This document shows, in pieces, positions 1-10,142 of a stretch of DNA of 47,365 nt. A program made the translations under genes and the position numbers. Source of the stretch: Trichomonas gallinae (taxonomy: Eukaryota). The stretch lies in the NCBI GenBank assembly GCA_008369845.1, contig MRSU01009225.1, positions 1 through 47,365 on the forward strand. Reading direction: 5' to 3'. Under the pieces are notes generated by a model that was not told the origin of the DNA, made no database searches, and saw only the letters and a program-made list of their open reading frames with translations. Each line of letters starts with the position of its first letter. The first letter of the stretch is position 1.

Positions 1-29
1 TTTTTTTTTTTTTTTTTTTTTTTTTTTTT
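1..29. repeat. Poly-T homopolymer (at least 29 nt, runs off the window edge)
   Basis: Directly visible; lies ~140 nt past the katanin p80 stop codon. Confidence 0.9.
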
Positions 30-171
30 GAAAATTGCAAGTGAGTCTTTGAACATACGAAAATAACTAAATTTAATCATCTTTCATATAAGTTATATAA
101 GTAAATGTATCCTAATATGAAAGAATTTATTAAAATACAATCAATAAATAACAAATAAAACAATAAAAAAA

Positions 172-1824
172 TTATTTCAGGAAAACTCTCCATTGCTCAA
201 CTAAATCTCTTGCAGCGTCTGAGTTATCACTGGAGCTGTTAGAGATTTGCCTCAAAACAGGTGCAACCTGTCTGAATGCACTAACAAAGCTGTTACACTT
301 TTGTTTTCTTTCGTCGAATGCCAAGTCGACGCCAGAAGAAGGAGTCGCAAGAGTCGCGCGAACGAACGCACCGAAAGACTGCATCATTGTCTCGATTGAT
401 GAGACAGCTATATCCGGCGATGATTTGATGGCGAGAGCTGAGATCTGCATAATATAAGATGCATGATCTAATGTAATAGCTTCAGGCTTCATCGCGATGA
501 TTGACAAAATCTCTGCTGCCAGTTTCCCGGATTCAGCAGCTTCTTTGAGAACATCAAGCAGTGTCTCTGTGTCCAAGGCTTCGTTGATTCTCGAGAGTCT
601 TGAGAATCTTTCGTTCATGTATGTCATGAAACTTGTCCTTTCTTTTCGAAACTCGTTGTAAACAGATGAAGAAGACCCATATGATCTACCTGACTGCTGT
701 GGATCCTTACCAACAGAGCTTGGTCTAAGAATTCTGCCTCTCGAAGAACCTGGATTTTGATTATCATCATCACCTGTTGAGCATTCGCTCATTGAACGCG
801 ATTTCTTTGCAAGGCTGTTCATATCAAGCATGCGCGGCGTAGATCTGCCTCCATTTGATGGGTTTGGTAGATCATCATTGAGAAAATGTCTTTGCGCTGG
901 CTTATTTTTAGATTTTGAGCTATTGAATGGTTGTAACCCATCTGTCTTCTTTTTAGTTATGATAACGCGATCCTTTTCCGTTGAAGCAATTGTGATCTCA
1001 CCATTTGTAACACACAAATCTCTTGGTTTAAATGCGCCGAATGGGACCTTTCCGTATACCTGAGCTGGTTCCCAACCTAAAAGTCTAATGAAATCGGTAC
1101 TTGCTGATAATAAAACTGGATCGTCTTGAGCAAATCGAATTAACTCAATTGAATGTGAATCCAGAGGATATGAAACTTGCATTTCTTTGCCCAAACTGAC
1201 ATCATAGAAATGCACACTTCGATCTGCTCCGCAAGATGCCAAAATTGGCTCTGTAGGATGGAATCTAACGCATGTAACGCTATCTTCGTGGCATGTAAAC
1301 TTGAATAATTCCTTCGAAGCCGCGAGATCAAAAACTCTTACCGTTTTATCCGCTCCACCAGATGCGACTAACTTTCCATCTGACGAAATATCGATTGTAT
1401 TTGCAGAGCCTCTGTGATTTGCATACCATTGTACAGGATGGCGCTGAGTTTTAGAGAGTACATTAACTTTTCCATCATATCCGCATGTCAAAATCATATT
1501 TGTACTTTGAGTATGAAAGCATAAGTCATTAACAACTGATCTGTGTGCAGACCATGTTGCTTCGTTGCGTTGGTTATTTAAATCGAATAATATTACTGTT
1601 CCCCCCGTATTTCCTCCAAGTAATTTGTCTTCGTACATATTGAATCGGCAAGCGGTGACTCCTGATTGGAATGGACCGAATGTAACTTTTGGATTTTTCC
1701 CTCCATACATCCAAAGATTAACCAATCTGTCTTCGCCGCCAGTTGCAAAGACATTTCCGGTTGTCGGTCCTAGTGCAACGCAATTAACATCACCTTCATG
1801 AGCAATAATAGTCTTTTGTGACAT
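172..1824 (-). CDS. KATNB1: Katanin p80 WD40 repeat-containing subunit B1
   Basis: N-terminal WD40 repeats (AHEGDVNCV...ATGGEDRLVNLW; ASGGADKTVRVFD; HEDSVTCVRFHP...ASCGADRSVHFYD), a low-complexity linker and a C-terminal con80-like region (SGVDLAFDERKQKC). Start moved from the track's 1875 to ATG 1824 (MSQKTII), downstream of the Inr TCACTT at 1861-1866. Confidence 0.88.
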   Translation of the reverse strand: MSQKTIIAHEGDVNCVALGPTTGNVFATGGEDRLVNLWMYGGKNPKVTFGPFQSGVTACRFNMYEDKLLGGNTGGTVILFDLNNQRNEATWSAHRSVVNDLCFHTQSTNMILTCGYDGKVNVLSKTQRHPVQWYANHRGSANTIDISSDGKLVASGGADKTVRVFDLAASKELFKFTCHEDSVTCVRFHPTEPILASCGADRSVHFYDVSLGKEMQVSYPLDSHSIELIRFAQDDPVLLSASTDFIRLLGWEPAQVYGKVPFGAFKPRDLCVTNGEITIASTEKDRVIITKKKTDGLQPFNSSKSKNKPAQRHFLNDDLPNPSNGGRSTPRMLDMNSLAKKSRSMSECSTGDDDNQNPGSSRGRILRPSSVGKDPQQSGRSYGSSSSVYNEFRKERTSFMTYMNERFSRLSRINEALDTETLLDVLKEAAESGKLAAEILSIIAMKPEAITLDHASYIMQISALAIKSSPDIAVSSIETMMQSFGAFVRATLATPSSGVDLAFDERKQKCNSFVSAFRQVAPVLRQISNSSSDNSDAARDLVEQWRVFLK

Positions 1825-2257
1825 TTTCCAAAAAAAAAAAAATATAAAAATTTTAAACGAAAGTGACAAATACAAAAATGTGACAATAAAAAGGTTATTT
1901 TGTAAAATAATAAAAAAACGTATAATATAAGGTTAAAATGAAAATAAAAGTGGTGATAAAAAGGTTATTTTGTAAAATGTCAAAATACAAATGACAAAAT
2001 TGACTCTTTTTTGCGAGCTCATTAAAATTGCTCATTTCCCTGATTGATTAAGAATGAGAATTCGCACCTGCTTTTAACCTGATACTTTTTAGTTAAATAT
2101 AAGGTTAAAATTCACAGTAAAGTTGGCAATAAAAAGATTATTTTGTAAAGTTGAGGAATAACGTATAAAATAAGGTTAAATTCATGTAAAGTTTTTTTGA
2201 ATGTAAATTAAAAGTGACAATCAAAAAAAAAACGTTGTTATTTCATATTTTTGAAAA
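1825..2257. promoter_or_regulatory. Divergent (bidirectional) promoter region between katanin p80 and CFAP20, containing ~70-bp degenerate repeats
   Basis: Head-to-head genes 433 bp apart. AAGTGAC at 1861 and 2212 (M2/Inr-like). ATAAAAAGRTTATTTTGTAAA at 1886, 1956 and 2129; TAAGGTTAAA at 1928, 2100 and 2171. Confidence 0.7.
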
Positions 2258-2836
2258 ATGTTTAGAGACAAATACCAAGCAGGTTTCTTAAACTTATTTT
2301 ACTCAGTTGGATCAAAGCCACTCAGCATTTGGGAGCAGCATGTTGAGAACGGATACATCAAGAGACTCACAGACCCAGATATTAGATCATGTGTTCTCGA
2401 GATTGTCAGTACGACAGTCAATAACACATACATCACCTGCCCATTAGATCCAAAGGATGAGCTTGCTATTAAGCTTCCTTTCTTGGTTTTGGTCTTGAAA
2501 TATTTGAAGAAATATTTCACATTTGAAATCCAGGTTTTGGATGATATGAACATGCGCCGTAGATTCAGAGCATCAAACTACCAGTCAAAGACGCGCGTCA
2601 AGCCATTTGTTTGCACTCTTCCAATGAGACTTGACCCAGGATGGAACCAGATTCAGTTTAACTTGAGTGATTTCACACGCCGTGCTTACGGTACTAACTA
2701 CATCGAAACACTTCGTGTTTCTGTTTTCGCAAACTGCCGCGTTCGCCGTATCTACTTCTCTGACCGTCTTTACACAGAAGATGAAGTGCCACCAGAATAC
2801 AGACTCATACCAACAAAGCCAGAGGGTGAAGAATAA
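2258..2836 (+). CDS. CFAP20: Cilia- and flagella-associated protein 20 (BUG22/FAP20)
   Basis: Highly conserved sequence: [25 protein letters not shown]...IKLPFLVL...[55 protein letters not shown]...[15 protein letters not shown]. Confidence 0.97.
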   Translation: MFRDKYQAGFLNLFYSVGSKPLSIWEQHVENGYIKRLTDPDIRSCVLEIVSTTVNNTYITCPLDPKDELAIKLPFLVLVLKYLKKYFTFEIQVLDDMNMRRRFRASNYQSKTRVKPFVCTLPMRLDPGWNQIQFNLSDFTRRAYGTNYIETLRVSVFANCRVRRIYFSDRLYTEDEVPPEYRLIPTKPEGEE

Positions 2837-3516
2837 GATTGAACTTGTTATTAATAAAAAAATTAATTATTCATTTCCAACTCATTTTTTCTGTTTAAAA
2901 ATGCAAACTACATCGAATATAATAATATCTATCAGCAAAAAATAGCTATTCATAAAAAAAATATAAAACAAGAAAAATATATTCATTATTCAATGTTTTT
3001 ATCTAGTTGAAATCAATATATATTAAAAAATTATTACTATTCATTCCATCAGCAACTCTAATATCCTTAATATCTAATGAGAAGAAAAAATATATGAACA
3101 ACTCATTGTTTATATTAATAATTATAAAGTCAAAATTGTAGACACTTGGAATTTTTATCGCTGATTTCATAGATATATAATTTTGAAAATATATCAAATT
3201 AAATGGAATAAATTTTAGAATTAGTTAAAATTTGTGATTATAGTCTCATAAATAGCATATGTTTTTCTTCCCATGGTTAAAAATACAATTTTGATGAAAT
3301 TTAATAAATAAAACTGATTTTAGATCAAAATAATTAAAGAAAATGACATAAATATGTAGGAAAAGCATTAAAATGAAGTTAAAATATATGAAGAATCAAA
3401 ATCCGTTATAAAATAAAATTTTTCATATTTAGCATTAATATGTTGTATAATGCCTATATTTTGAATTTGGAGCAAAAAGGGAATTGAGGGGAGTTTTAAT
3501 ACGTTTTCTCAAGAAA

Positions 3517-6300
3517 ATGAGTGAGGAAGAGATTCTTTTAGACCGCATCAGGACGCATGTCTACTTGAACGATATCCATCTCATTGAATGGTTCGAAGAT
3601 TTCGACAAGCTGAGGACGGGTAGAGTCACTAAAGAACAATATCGCAGATGTTTCGAATTCGCAAAGTTCCCTCTTACAGAAAGAGAGTGGGAATTCCTAT
3701 GCCAAGAATACGCGCACGGCGATGATGTCAACTACAGAGACTTCTGCTTCGATGTATCAAAAATTTTCACAAATCCAGAATTAGAAACAATGCCAAAAGG
3801 CGAACTTCCTAACACTAAAGAAACAGTCACAAGGATTACAAACAGAATAACAGCAAATATGGCTCCAGAAGTTATCGATTTATTCAAGATTTTAGTTCAT
3901 CAGGTCACAACAAAGGGAATTCACATTCGTGAGGCCTTCATGGACTTCGACAAGTCTAACAATGGCCGTGTAACGAAGTCTCAGTTCCTCCGTAACTTAC
4001 CTTTCGAAAAATTATCACAAGCACAAATTCAGATATTGTTAGATCGCTATTTAGATCCAAAACTCGGTGATGTTAATTACAAGAGATTGCATCTCGATGT
4101 AATTGACTTCCAAAACATTCCAGAACAGAAAGAAATTATTCCAGAATTCAATTTACCGCATCACAAGCAAAGTATTAAACTCCACCCACTTCCATCAGAC
4201 CCAGAGACAGTTATAGACCGCTTTGCCGAATACGTTCATAAGAATCGTGTAAGAATTCGGGATTTCTTCGATTCTCACGATCCTCTACATAGTGGACGCG
4301 TTACACCAGACATGTTCATGAATGTTCTGACGCTTTTTGGCTTCCAGTTCTCACCTGAAGAATTAAATGATTTGGCCGAGCGTTATAAGATCAGAATCGA
4401 CTTAGCGGACTATGTTAGATATAAAGAGTTCTGCCTCGATGTTGACCGCACAGCCAAAGCAATCCGCGATGCTGCCCCGCAGCCGCCAAAACCTTACGAC
4501 AAAATTGCCCAAGCAGTCATCGACAAAGTCAAAGAATATGTCGCGAAGAACAGAATCAACGTACTTCCTCCACTCCAGGACTTCGACCGCACTGGGCGTG
4601 GCTACGTCACAGAGCTCCAGTTCCACAGAGTCCTCTCTTTGATGACTATTCCTGTTTCAGTAAACGACGTCCAAGTTTTGCTCGCGATTTACGGCGGAAA
4701 AGCTGACGGCGTTGACTACTTCAGGTTCGTCGAAGACATCGATCCAGCGCACGCACAGTCGCGCAGGACATTCAAGTCTGTCAATGCTACAATAGAGTCG
4801 ATTGTAAACACATATGGTCAGACACCAGCAGGCGACAAATTTGTCACTCCCGATGTTGCTGACCAGCTGATTTACGAGTCTAAGAAAGGACTTTTGCCGA
4901 AGACCAAAGAAAACAAAACACTTGCAGACTTGATTGGCGACATACAGAGATGGTGCTACATCCACTCTGTTCATCTACATGACTTCATAAAGGACTTCGA
5001 TCCATTGAACACTGGTGAAGTGACAGACAATCAGCTGAGGTCATCAATGAACGTTGCTGGCTACAGAGTCACAGATGACGAGTTCCAGTTCATCACTGAC
5101 GCCTACAGGAGCGAGAGGAATCCAGACAAAATCAAGTGGATGAAGTTCGCTGATGATGTTCTTGCCTTTATCGCCCCGAAGAGACTCGAGCAGACTCCGA
5201 GATTCAATCCAACACTTCCAGCCGAAGTCATGGCAGCAACAAGGAAGGCAGAACTGTCAGGAAACTCTCAGCTCTCAATGACAGAACAAGTCGCATTGAT
5301 ACTAGACAAAGTCAACAAATACGCAGTGCAGAGGAGAATATCATTGATCGAGCAGTTCCAAGACAAAGACCGCCACAAGCATAAACAGGTTTCAACAATT
5401 TCCTTCGCTCAAGTCATGCAGCTCATTGGTGTCCACTTGAGCATGAACGAGATCAACCTTCTCGCCGAGTACTATCTTGACCCAGCAACGCATTTTGTCA
5501 ACTACCCGACATTCGTGAAAGACGTCGAAAGCCTCGGTGGCATAATACAGCCTGAATACACTGAGCTCGTTGTCAACAAGCTCCCGCCATATGCTGGTGG
5601 AATCAGCAACATCGTCGCTACAAGGCCGCCGCTAACAGCAGCAGAGTTGACGTGGAACAAGATTCTCCCGAGAATTCAAAGCTACGTGTTCAAGCGCCGC
5701 GTGAGACTCGTCGAGTTCTTCGAGCATTTCGATCATCTCAGGCACGGAACTGTCACGCAGCAGAAGTGGTACACTGTTGTCGGTGAGACAAACTTGCCGC
5801 TCGTTGAAGACGAGATACAGTTCATCGGAAAGATGTTCGCAGTCGACGGCGCGCTGGATTTGTTCAACTACAGAGAATTCACAGAGATCGTCGACCAGAT
5901 CTTCTACGTCAAAGATTTACACAGGAATCCAACATTTAGACCTAAAGAGCAGCTCTCGTTCATCCCAGATCCTTCTGTTACTACAGCAATTATCCCTGAG
6001 ATCGACCAGCAGAAAGTCGACGTTATTATTCAGAGGATGAGGAACTATGTCACAACAAGGAGAATGGAAATCAGGCAGCAGTTCGAAGACTACGACAAGT
6101 CTCCACGCAGGAATTTCATCACGAGGGCTCAGTTCAGGCAGTGCATCGGAAGACTCGGACTTACTTCGAGCAACGATGAACTCGACTTGCTCTGCAAGAA
6201 GTATAGATGCACAGAGCTCGACGAAATGAATTATAGGGCTTTCTGCGAGGATGTTGGTGGATATCTCGACTATCATGAACAGTCAGAGAGAAAGGAATAA
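3517..6300 (+). CDS. Multi-EF-hand repeat protein (8 modules), CFAP115/EFCAB6-like axonemal protein
   Basis: Eight repeats of F.DFD....G.VT..QF...L....L...E...L...Y......VNY..F. Start moved to ATG 3517 (MSEEEILL). The CFAP115 similarity is from recalled motifs only. Confidence 0.8.
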   Translation: MSEEEILLDRIRTHVYLNDIHLIEWFEDFDKLRTGRVTKEQYRRCFEFAKFPLTEREWEFLCQEYAHGDDVNYRDFCFDVSKIFTNPELETMPKGELPNTKETVTRITNRITANMAPEVIDLFKILVHQVTTKGIHIREAFMDFDKSNNGRVTKSQFLRNLPFEKLSQAQIQILLDRYLDPKLGDVNYKRLHLDVIDFQNIPEQKEIIPEFNLPHHKQSIKLHPLPSDPETVIDRFAEYVHKNRVRIRDFFDSHDPLHSGRVTPDMFMNVLTLFGFQFSPEELNDLAERYKIRIDLADYVRYKEFCLDVDRTAKAIRDAAPQPPKPYDKIAQAVIDKVKEYVAKNRINVLPPLQDFDRTGRGYVTELQFHRVLSLMTIPVSVNDVQVLLAIYGGKADGVDYFRFVEDIDPAHAQSRRTFKSVNATIESIVNTYGQTPAGDKFVTPDVADQLIYESKKGLLPKTKENKTLADLIGDIQRWCYIHSVHLHDFIKDFDPLNTGEVTDNQLRSSMNVAGYRVTDDEFQFITDAYRSERNPDKIKWMKFADDVLAFIAPKRLEQTPRFNPTLPAEVMAATRKAELSGNSQLSMTEQVALILDKVNKYAVQRRISLIEQFQDKDRHKHKQVSTISFAQVMQLIGVHLSMNEINLLAEYYLDPATHFVNYPTFVKDVESLGGIIQPEYTELVVNKLPPYAGGISNIVATRPPLTAAELTWNKILPRIQSYVFKRRVRLVEFFEHFDHLRHGTVTQQKWYTVVGETNLPLVEDEIQFIGKMFAVDGALDLFNYREFTEIVDQIFYVKDLHRNPTFRPKEQLSFIPDPSVTTAIIPEIDQQKVDVIIQRMRNYVTTRRMEIRQQFEDYDKSPRRNFITRAQFRQCIGRLGLTSSNDELDLLCKKYRCTELDEMNYRAFCEDVGGYLDYHEQSERKE

Positions 6301-6778
6301 AGAATTTTTTATTTATTGAGCTTATATAAAAATATCTCATCATTATTTAATTCTTTCAAATGTATCAATTAATAAATCTTTTTACGACTATGGTTCATCA
6401 TTTATTCAACTGTTATATAATGAGCATCATTGAATACCATAAAGGCTTTCTTTGTTCTTTATGATATACATAAACTAAAATTTTGCAACGCAGTTTACAA
6501 AGCTTCTGATAATAATAATACCGCCATGAAGCTTTAAGTTTATAGTTGCTGAAAAGCAAAAATTAAAATTGTTATAGTTTAATTTTTCGCTCAATCGAAG
6601 AAGTTTTAGTATTAATTTTTGTGTCCAATGTTAATTAGTTATCAAGATGTCATATTAAATAATTTCACTAATCATACAATTTGCAAATCTATACAAGAAG
6701 TTAACCTAGTTTTAATATAAATAGCAGATGTGATAAAAAACATAATATTTTATAAAACATAGTAAATACATATAAAAA

Positions 6779-8569
6779 TCAAGCTGGGTTGAACTTCATT
6801 AACACCCAGTTGTCTGTCTGTAGCATAAGCTCCATAACTTGAGAGTATCTTCCAATTTCAGGAGAATTTCGTTCAAAAAGTGCATATTTGAAATGCAATG
6901 CTTCTATTATCTTTATCCACTCGAATGTTTGCGACTGAACTGCAAAAAGCTGTGCTGGTTCTCCGCGCTGATAATGTCCTGTATAATCACCGATGTAAGA
7001 TTCTCTGCCGAGAAGGTATGTAGCCGGGTTCATTGATAATTTGACGGTAAATATTCTCTCATCTGGAGAAGTATTTTGCATAATAAAAGTAGCAACTTGT
7101 TTTGCATCTGATGTCAACCCAGGAACCTTTTGAAGGAGCTGGCGAGTGCAGCTTACATGGCCACAAGTAATTAGAATTAAAGCAAAGCTGAATAAAAAGC
7201 CTAATAAGTTTCCACGAGTTCTATTACTAAGATTTGCAGAAATTGTGTTCAAAAATGAAACCATCGCAATAATTGCCGTAGGAAGGACAACAGTTGCAAT
7301 ACCAAGAGCGTTTTCGAAGTGATCTCCACCGCTTCTAACAAAGGATAGATAAATCATGACTGTAATTGAACCAAGAACGCGATGAAGAAGGTTTGGCCTC
7401 AGTTTCATGAATGGGAAGATTAAAAATGTGACAATAAATGGGCCAAGGATATCAACCCAAGACCAAAACTGAGAAACAAAAACTCCATCATATTGATATT
7501 CACGCCATATTGGATTTAACGCAAGATTTGTGTATTGGGATTTCCAAACAAGTGAAACAGAATAGAATATAGTGAAAAGAATCGAATTGACGTTGCAAAA
7601 ACAAATAATAAAAACTGAAGATGCGACGGTGAAGCTTGGAATCAAAGCTGCTACAAGTCCTGCAAGAAAATACATCAAATAGAAAGCCACATTTGCCTCT
7701 TGTGCTGCTACGATTGAAAGAACAAATAATCCCATTGGCAATGCATAAGAAGCAGATTTGGAACAAACAAGGAACTTGAAAAATGGCTGATACATTGGAA
7801 CAACATATTCTTTTCCAATATTATGAATTAAATCAAAATTTGAATCTCGAATTCTAAACCAATGATAAAAAGCCCAGCTGCTATGGAACAAGAACAGCAT
7901 TGTAACTATGAATGGGAGATTAACGAATGTGCTTGTAAGTAAATAAAGGCTGATTACTGTTGAAAGCGTATTAAAGAACGAAATTACGAATGAAATATCA
8001 ACAAAATTCTCGTGGAGTGTATATAAACATGCTGCAAATGATATTGGAAGTGGAGATACATAAAGAACTCCGTTATATAACATCGGGTTTGATAAAACCC
8101 AAAAACTTTTGCGTTTCTTATTAACACCGTTGATCATTGACATCACTGCAGTATGTTCGCATTCTAAAAAAGTCTTTCCATCTTCAGGAATCGAATTTGG
8201 ATAATCTAAATAGAAATTGGAAACAGAATAAAAGCTGTAAACTGCTGCAACGAACAATGAGAAATACAGCCAATGATTTTTCTCAACTAATATTGTTAAT
8301 CTTCGCATGTAAACTTTTCCATAAATTAGAAATATTGAATAAACTATCATTGCTGAGAACAATAACTGGAAAATCATAATTCCTATGACCACCAAAAACG
8401 AAAGACTAAAGAAATATGTAATAATAAATGTTATCAATCCAGTCATCATTGAGCCAATGAGCCAGCCGAGAGAAATTTGAAGCAACAACTGGCTGGTCCT
8501 CTGGCGGTAAAGAAGGACAATAGACCAGCCAAATAATGTCGTCGTAAGAACAAATAAAATACTCAACAT
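6779..8569 (-). CDS. Polytopic membrane protein, GT-C-fold glycosyltransferase-like
   Basis: Roughly 12-13 hydrophobic segments, a large loop after the third, and a soluble C-terminal domain (ATFIMQNTSPDERIF...NPATYLLGRESYIG) resembling GT-C/DUF2298-type proteins. Start moved to ATG 8569, with an Inr TCACTT ~10-15 nt upstream. Confidence 0.6.
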   Translation of the reverse strand: MLSILFVLTTTLFGWSIVLLYRQRTSQLLLQISLGWLIGSMMTGLITFIITYFFSLSFLVVIGIMIFQLLFSAMIVYSIFLIYGKVYMRRLTILVEKNHWLYFSLFVAAVYSFYSVSNFYLDYPNSIPEDGKTFLECEHTAVMSMINGVNKKRKSFWVLSNPMLYNGVLYVSPLPISFAACLYTLHENFVDISFVISFFNTLSTVISLYLLTSTFVNLPFIVTMLFLFHSSWAFYHWFRIRDSNFDLIHNIGKEYVVPMYQPFFKFLVCSKSASYALPMGLFVLSIVAAQEANVAFYLMYFLAGLVAALIPSFTVASSVFIICFCNVNSILFTIFYSVSLVWKSQYTNLALNPIWREYQYDGVFVSQFWSWVDILGPFIVTFLIFPFMKLRPNLLHRVLGSITVMIYLSFVRSGGDHFENALGIATVVLPTAIIAMVSFLNTISANLSNRTRGNLLGFLFSFALILITCGHVSCTRQLLQKVPGLTSDAKQVATFIMQNTSPDERIFTVKLSMNPATYLLGRESYIGDYTGHYQRGEPAQLFAVQSQTFEWIKIIEALHFKYALFERNSPEIGRYSQVMELMLQTDNWVLMKFNPA

Positions 8570-8832
8570 AATTTTTGAAAAGTGACATATTTTTTCAGAT
8601 TTCATTTTAAAACATGTTTTTTAACTGCAAATATCGATTCATCATTAAAAATAAAATATATTTAATTATTTGTTTTAGCTTTAAAGCTTTTCTTTAATGA
8701 GATTTATCATTTTAATTAATTATTTTCTCTATTTTTTATTATGAACTTAATTTTAAATTTTTTTTTATTATAAAGTTTTATTGCATACAATTGTAGAAAT
8801 TCATTTGAGAGAACGAAACAAATGAGGATTCG

Positions 8833-9417
8833 TCAAAATAAGATAAGATTCATGCAAAAAACAATGTGTTGAATGTAAAAATAGCACGTTTTCAGGCTTT
8901 GGCATAAATAAATCTCATCATGGCTGGGAAAGTTACCTAGCACACCGTAAAACTCTATTTGCTGTATTGTTATATGAGGTTTAAAAAAAGTGAATCTGAT
9001 ATGGTTTAATAGCATGTTTTTTGTCTCTCGAAACACAATTAACTGTGTAGCACAAGGAAACTCATTGACATTATCAATATTTTTCCAGCCAATTTTTTCG
9101 CTTCGTCCTTTAACATTCCAATTCGTAAAGCATCCACTGGGGTCTTTTTGATCTGTTCTTTGTTTTAGTTGATAATGCGTTAACAAAAATGATTTATTTT
9201 TAAATTTAATATCTAAAACAACTCTATCATTCAAATCAACAGTTAAAGAGGCTGGATAATAACTATACATGTTAAACATGCTTTGTATTTCATGAATTGT
9301 GTGATTAAATCGATGAATATCATTTGAAGAATAATTAATATATGAATCGTAATCATCTTGATGATTTGATATAATTCCAGAAAAATATGAATTATTAACT
9401 GGCTCAAACTTCTCCAT
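8833..9417 (-). CDS. F5/8 type C (galactose-binding-like) domain protein with hydrophobic C-terminal tail
   Basis: Pattern IKFKNKSFLLTHYQLKQRT...TNWNVKG......W..ID...HIRFT....ITIQQIEFYG is typical of trichomonad F5/8-type proteins; AT-rich ORF of 194 aa. Confidence 0.6.
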   Translation of the reverse strand: MEKFEPVNNSYFSGIISNHQDDYDSYINYSSNDIHRFNHTIHEIQSMFNMYSYYPASLTVDLNDRVVLDIKFKNKSFLLTHYQLKQRTDQKDPSGCFTNWNVKGRSEKIGWKNIDNVNEFPCATQLIVFRETKNMLLNHIRFTFFKPHITIQQIEFYGVLGNFPSHDEIYLCQSLKTCYFYIQHIVFCMNLILF

Positions 9418-9545
9418 TTAAACAATTTTTTATAATATATGAATTCATTGCAAATATTGATGCATATTGAAACATAACGATTAGTAGCGAATACACAAGC
9501 TTTCTGTATTAATTACATCGCTATATTTTTAAATGATAAAAGGAA

Positions 9546-10035
9546 ATGAATAAAACTAAAATAAAACTTATTTTCGTTTACATGTCAAAAAATACTATTT
9601 ACATGCAAAATATAACTTTTTACAATACAGCTTTGATTTGTGCTTCAATATATGGTTATCATGGAATTGTTCAACTCCTTCTCACAGTTCCTGAAATAGA
9701 TGTCAATGCAAAAGCAAATGGAATAGAACAGCTTTACTTTATGCTTCACTTGAAGGCCGCATTGAAGTTATCAAATTCTTTCTAAAAGTTCCTGGAATAG
9801 ATGTGAAAGTAAAACTTTTGATTTTGGCTTCAATAAAAGCTCATTATGAAATTTCAAGACTGTTGAAAGATAATGATGCAATTTATGAATTTTAATTCTA
9901 CAAACGATTCTATTTTGACGAAATTCTTTCTATCAATTCCTAGAATATATATGTCATCACAAAAAAAATAATAGTAACATAACTTTGATGACTGCTTCAG
10001 AAAAATCATGAATTCTGTCAGACTCCTTCCACTAA
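9546..10035 (+). pseudogene. Decayed ankyrin-repeat gene
   Basis: NTALICASIYGYHGIVQLLLTVPEIDVNAK, then a frameshift near 9724 into RTALLYASLEGRIEVIKFFLKVPGIDVK-TLILASIKAHYEISRLL*. A further weak remnant (TLMTASE...SVRLL) lies near 9980-10030. Confidence 0.75.
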
Positions 10036-10142
10036 ATCCTTGAATTCCATATATGTTACTTTTAAATTTGATTCATTCCTATAGAATTTGAGATTGAGTT
10101 TAAAATATCAGGACTAAAAAAATATAATGTATTAATGAAGTT

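Noticed and set aside
1..29. Poly-T as the poly(A) tail of a retrocopied katanin mRNA
   Set aside because: It is truncated by the window edge, no target-site duplication is visible, the gene has a normal upstream promoter, and I see no well-spaced UAAA signal. A simple homopolymer is sufficient.
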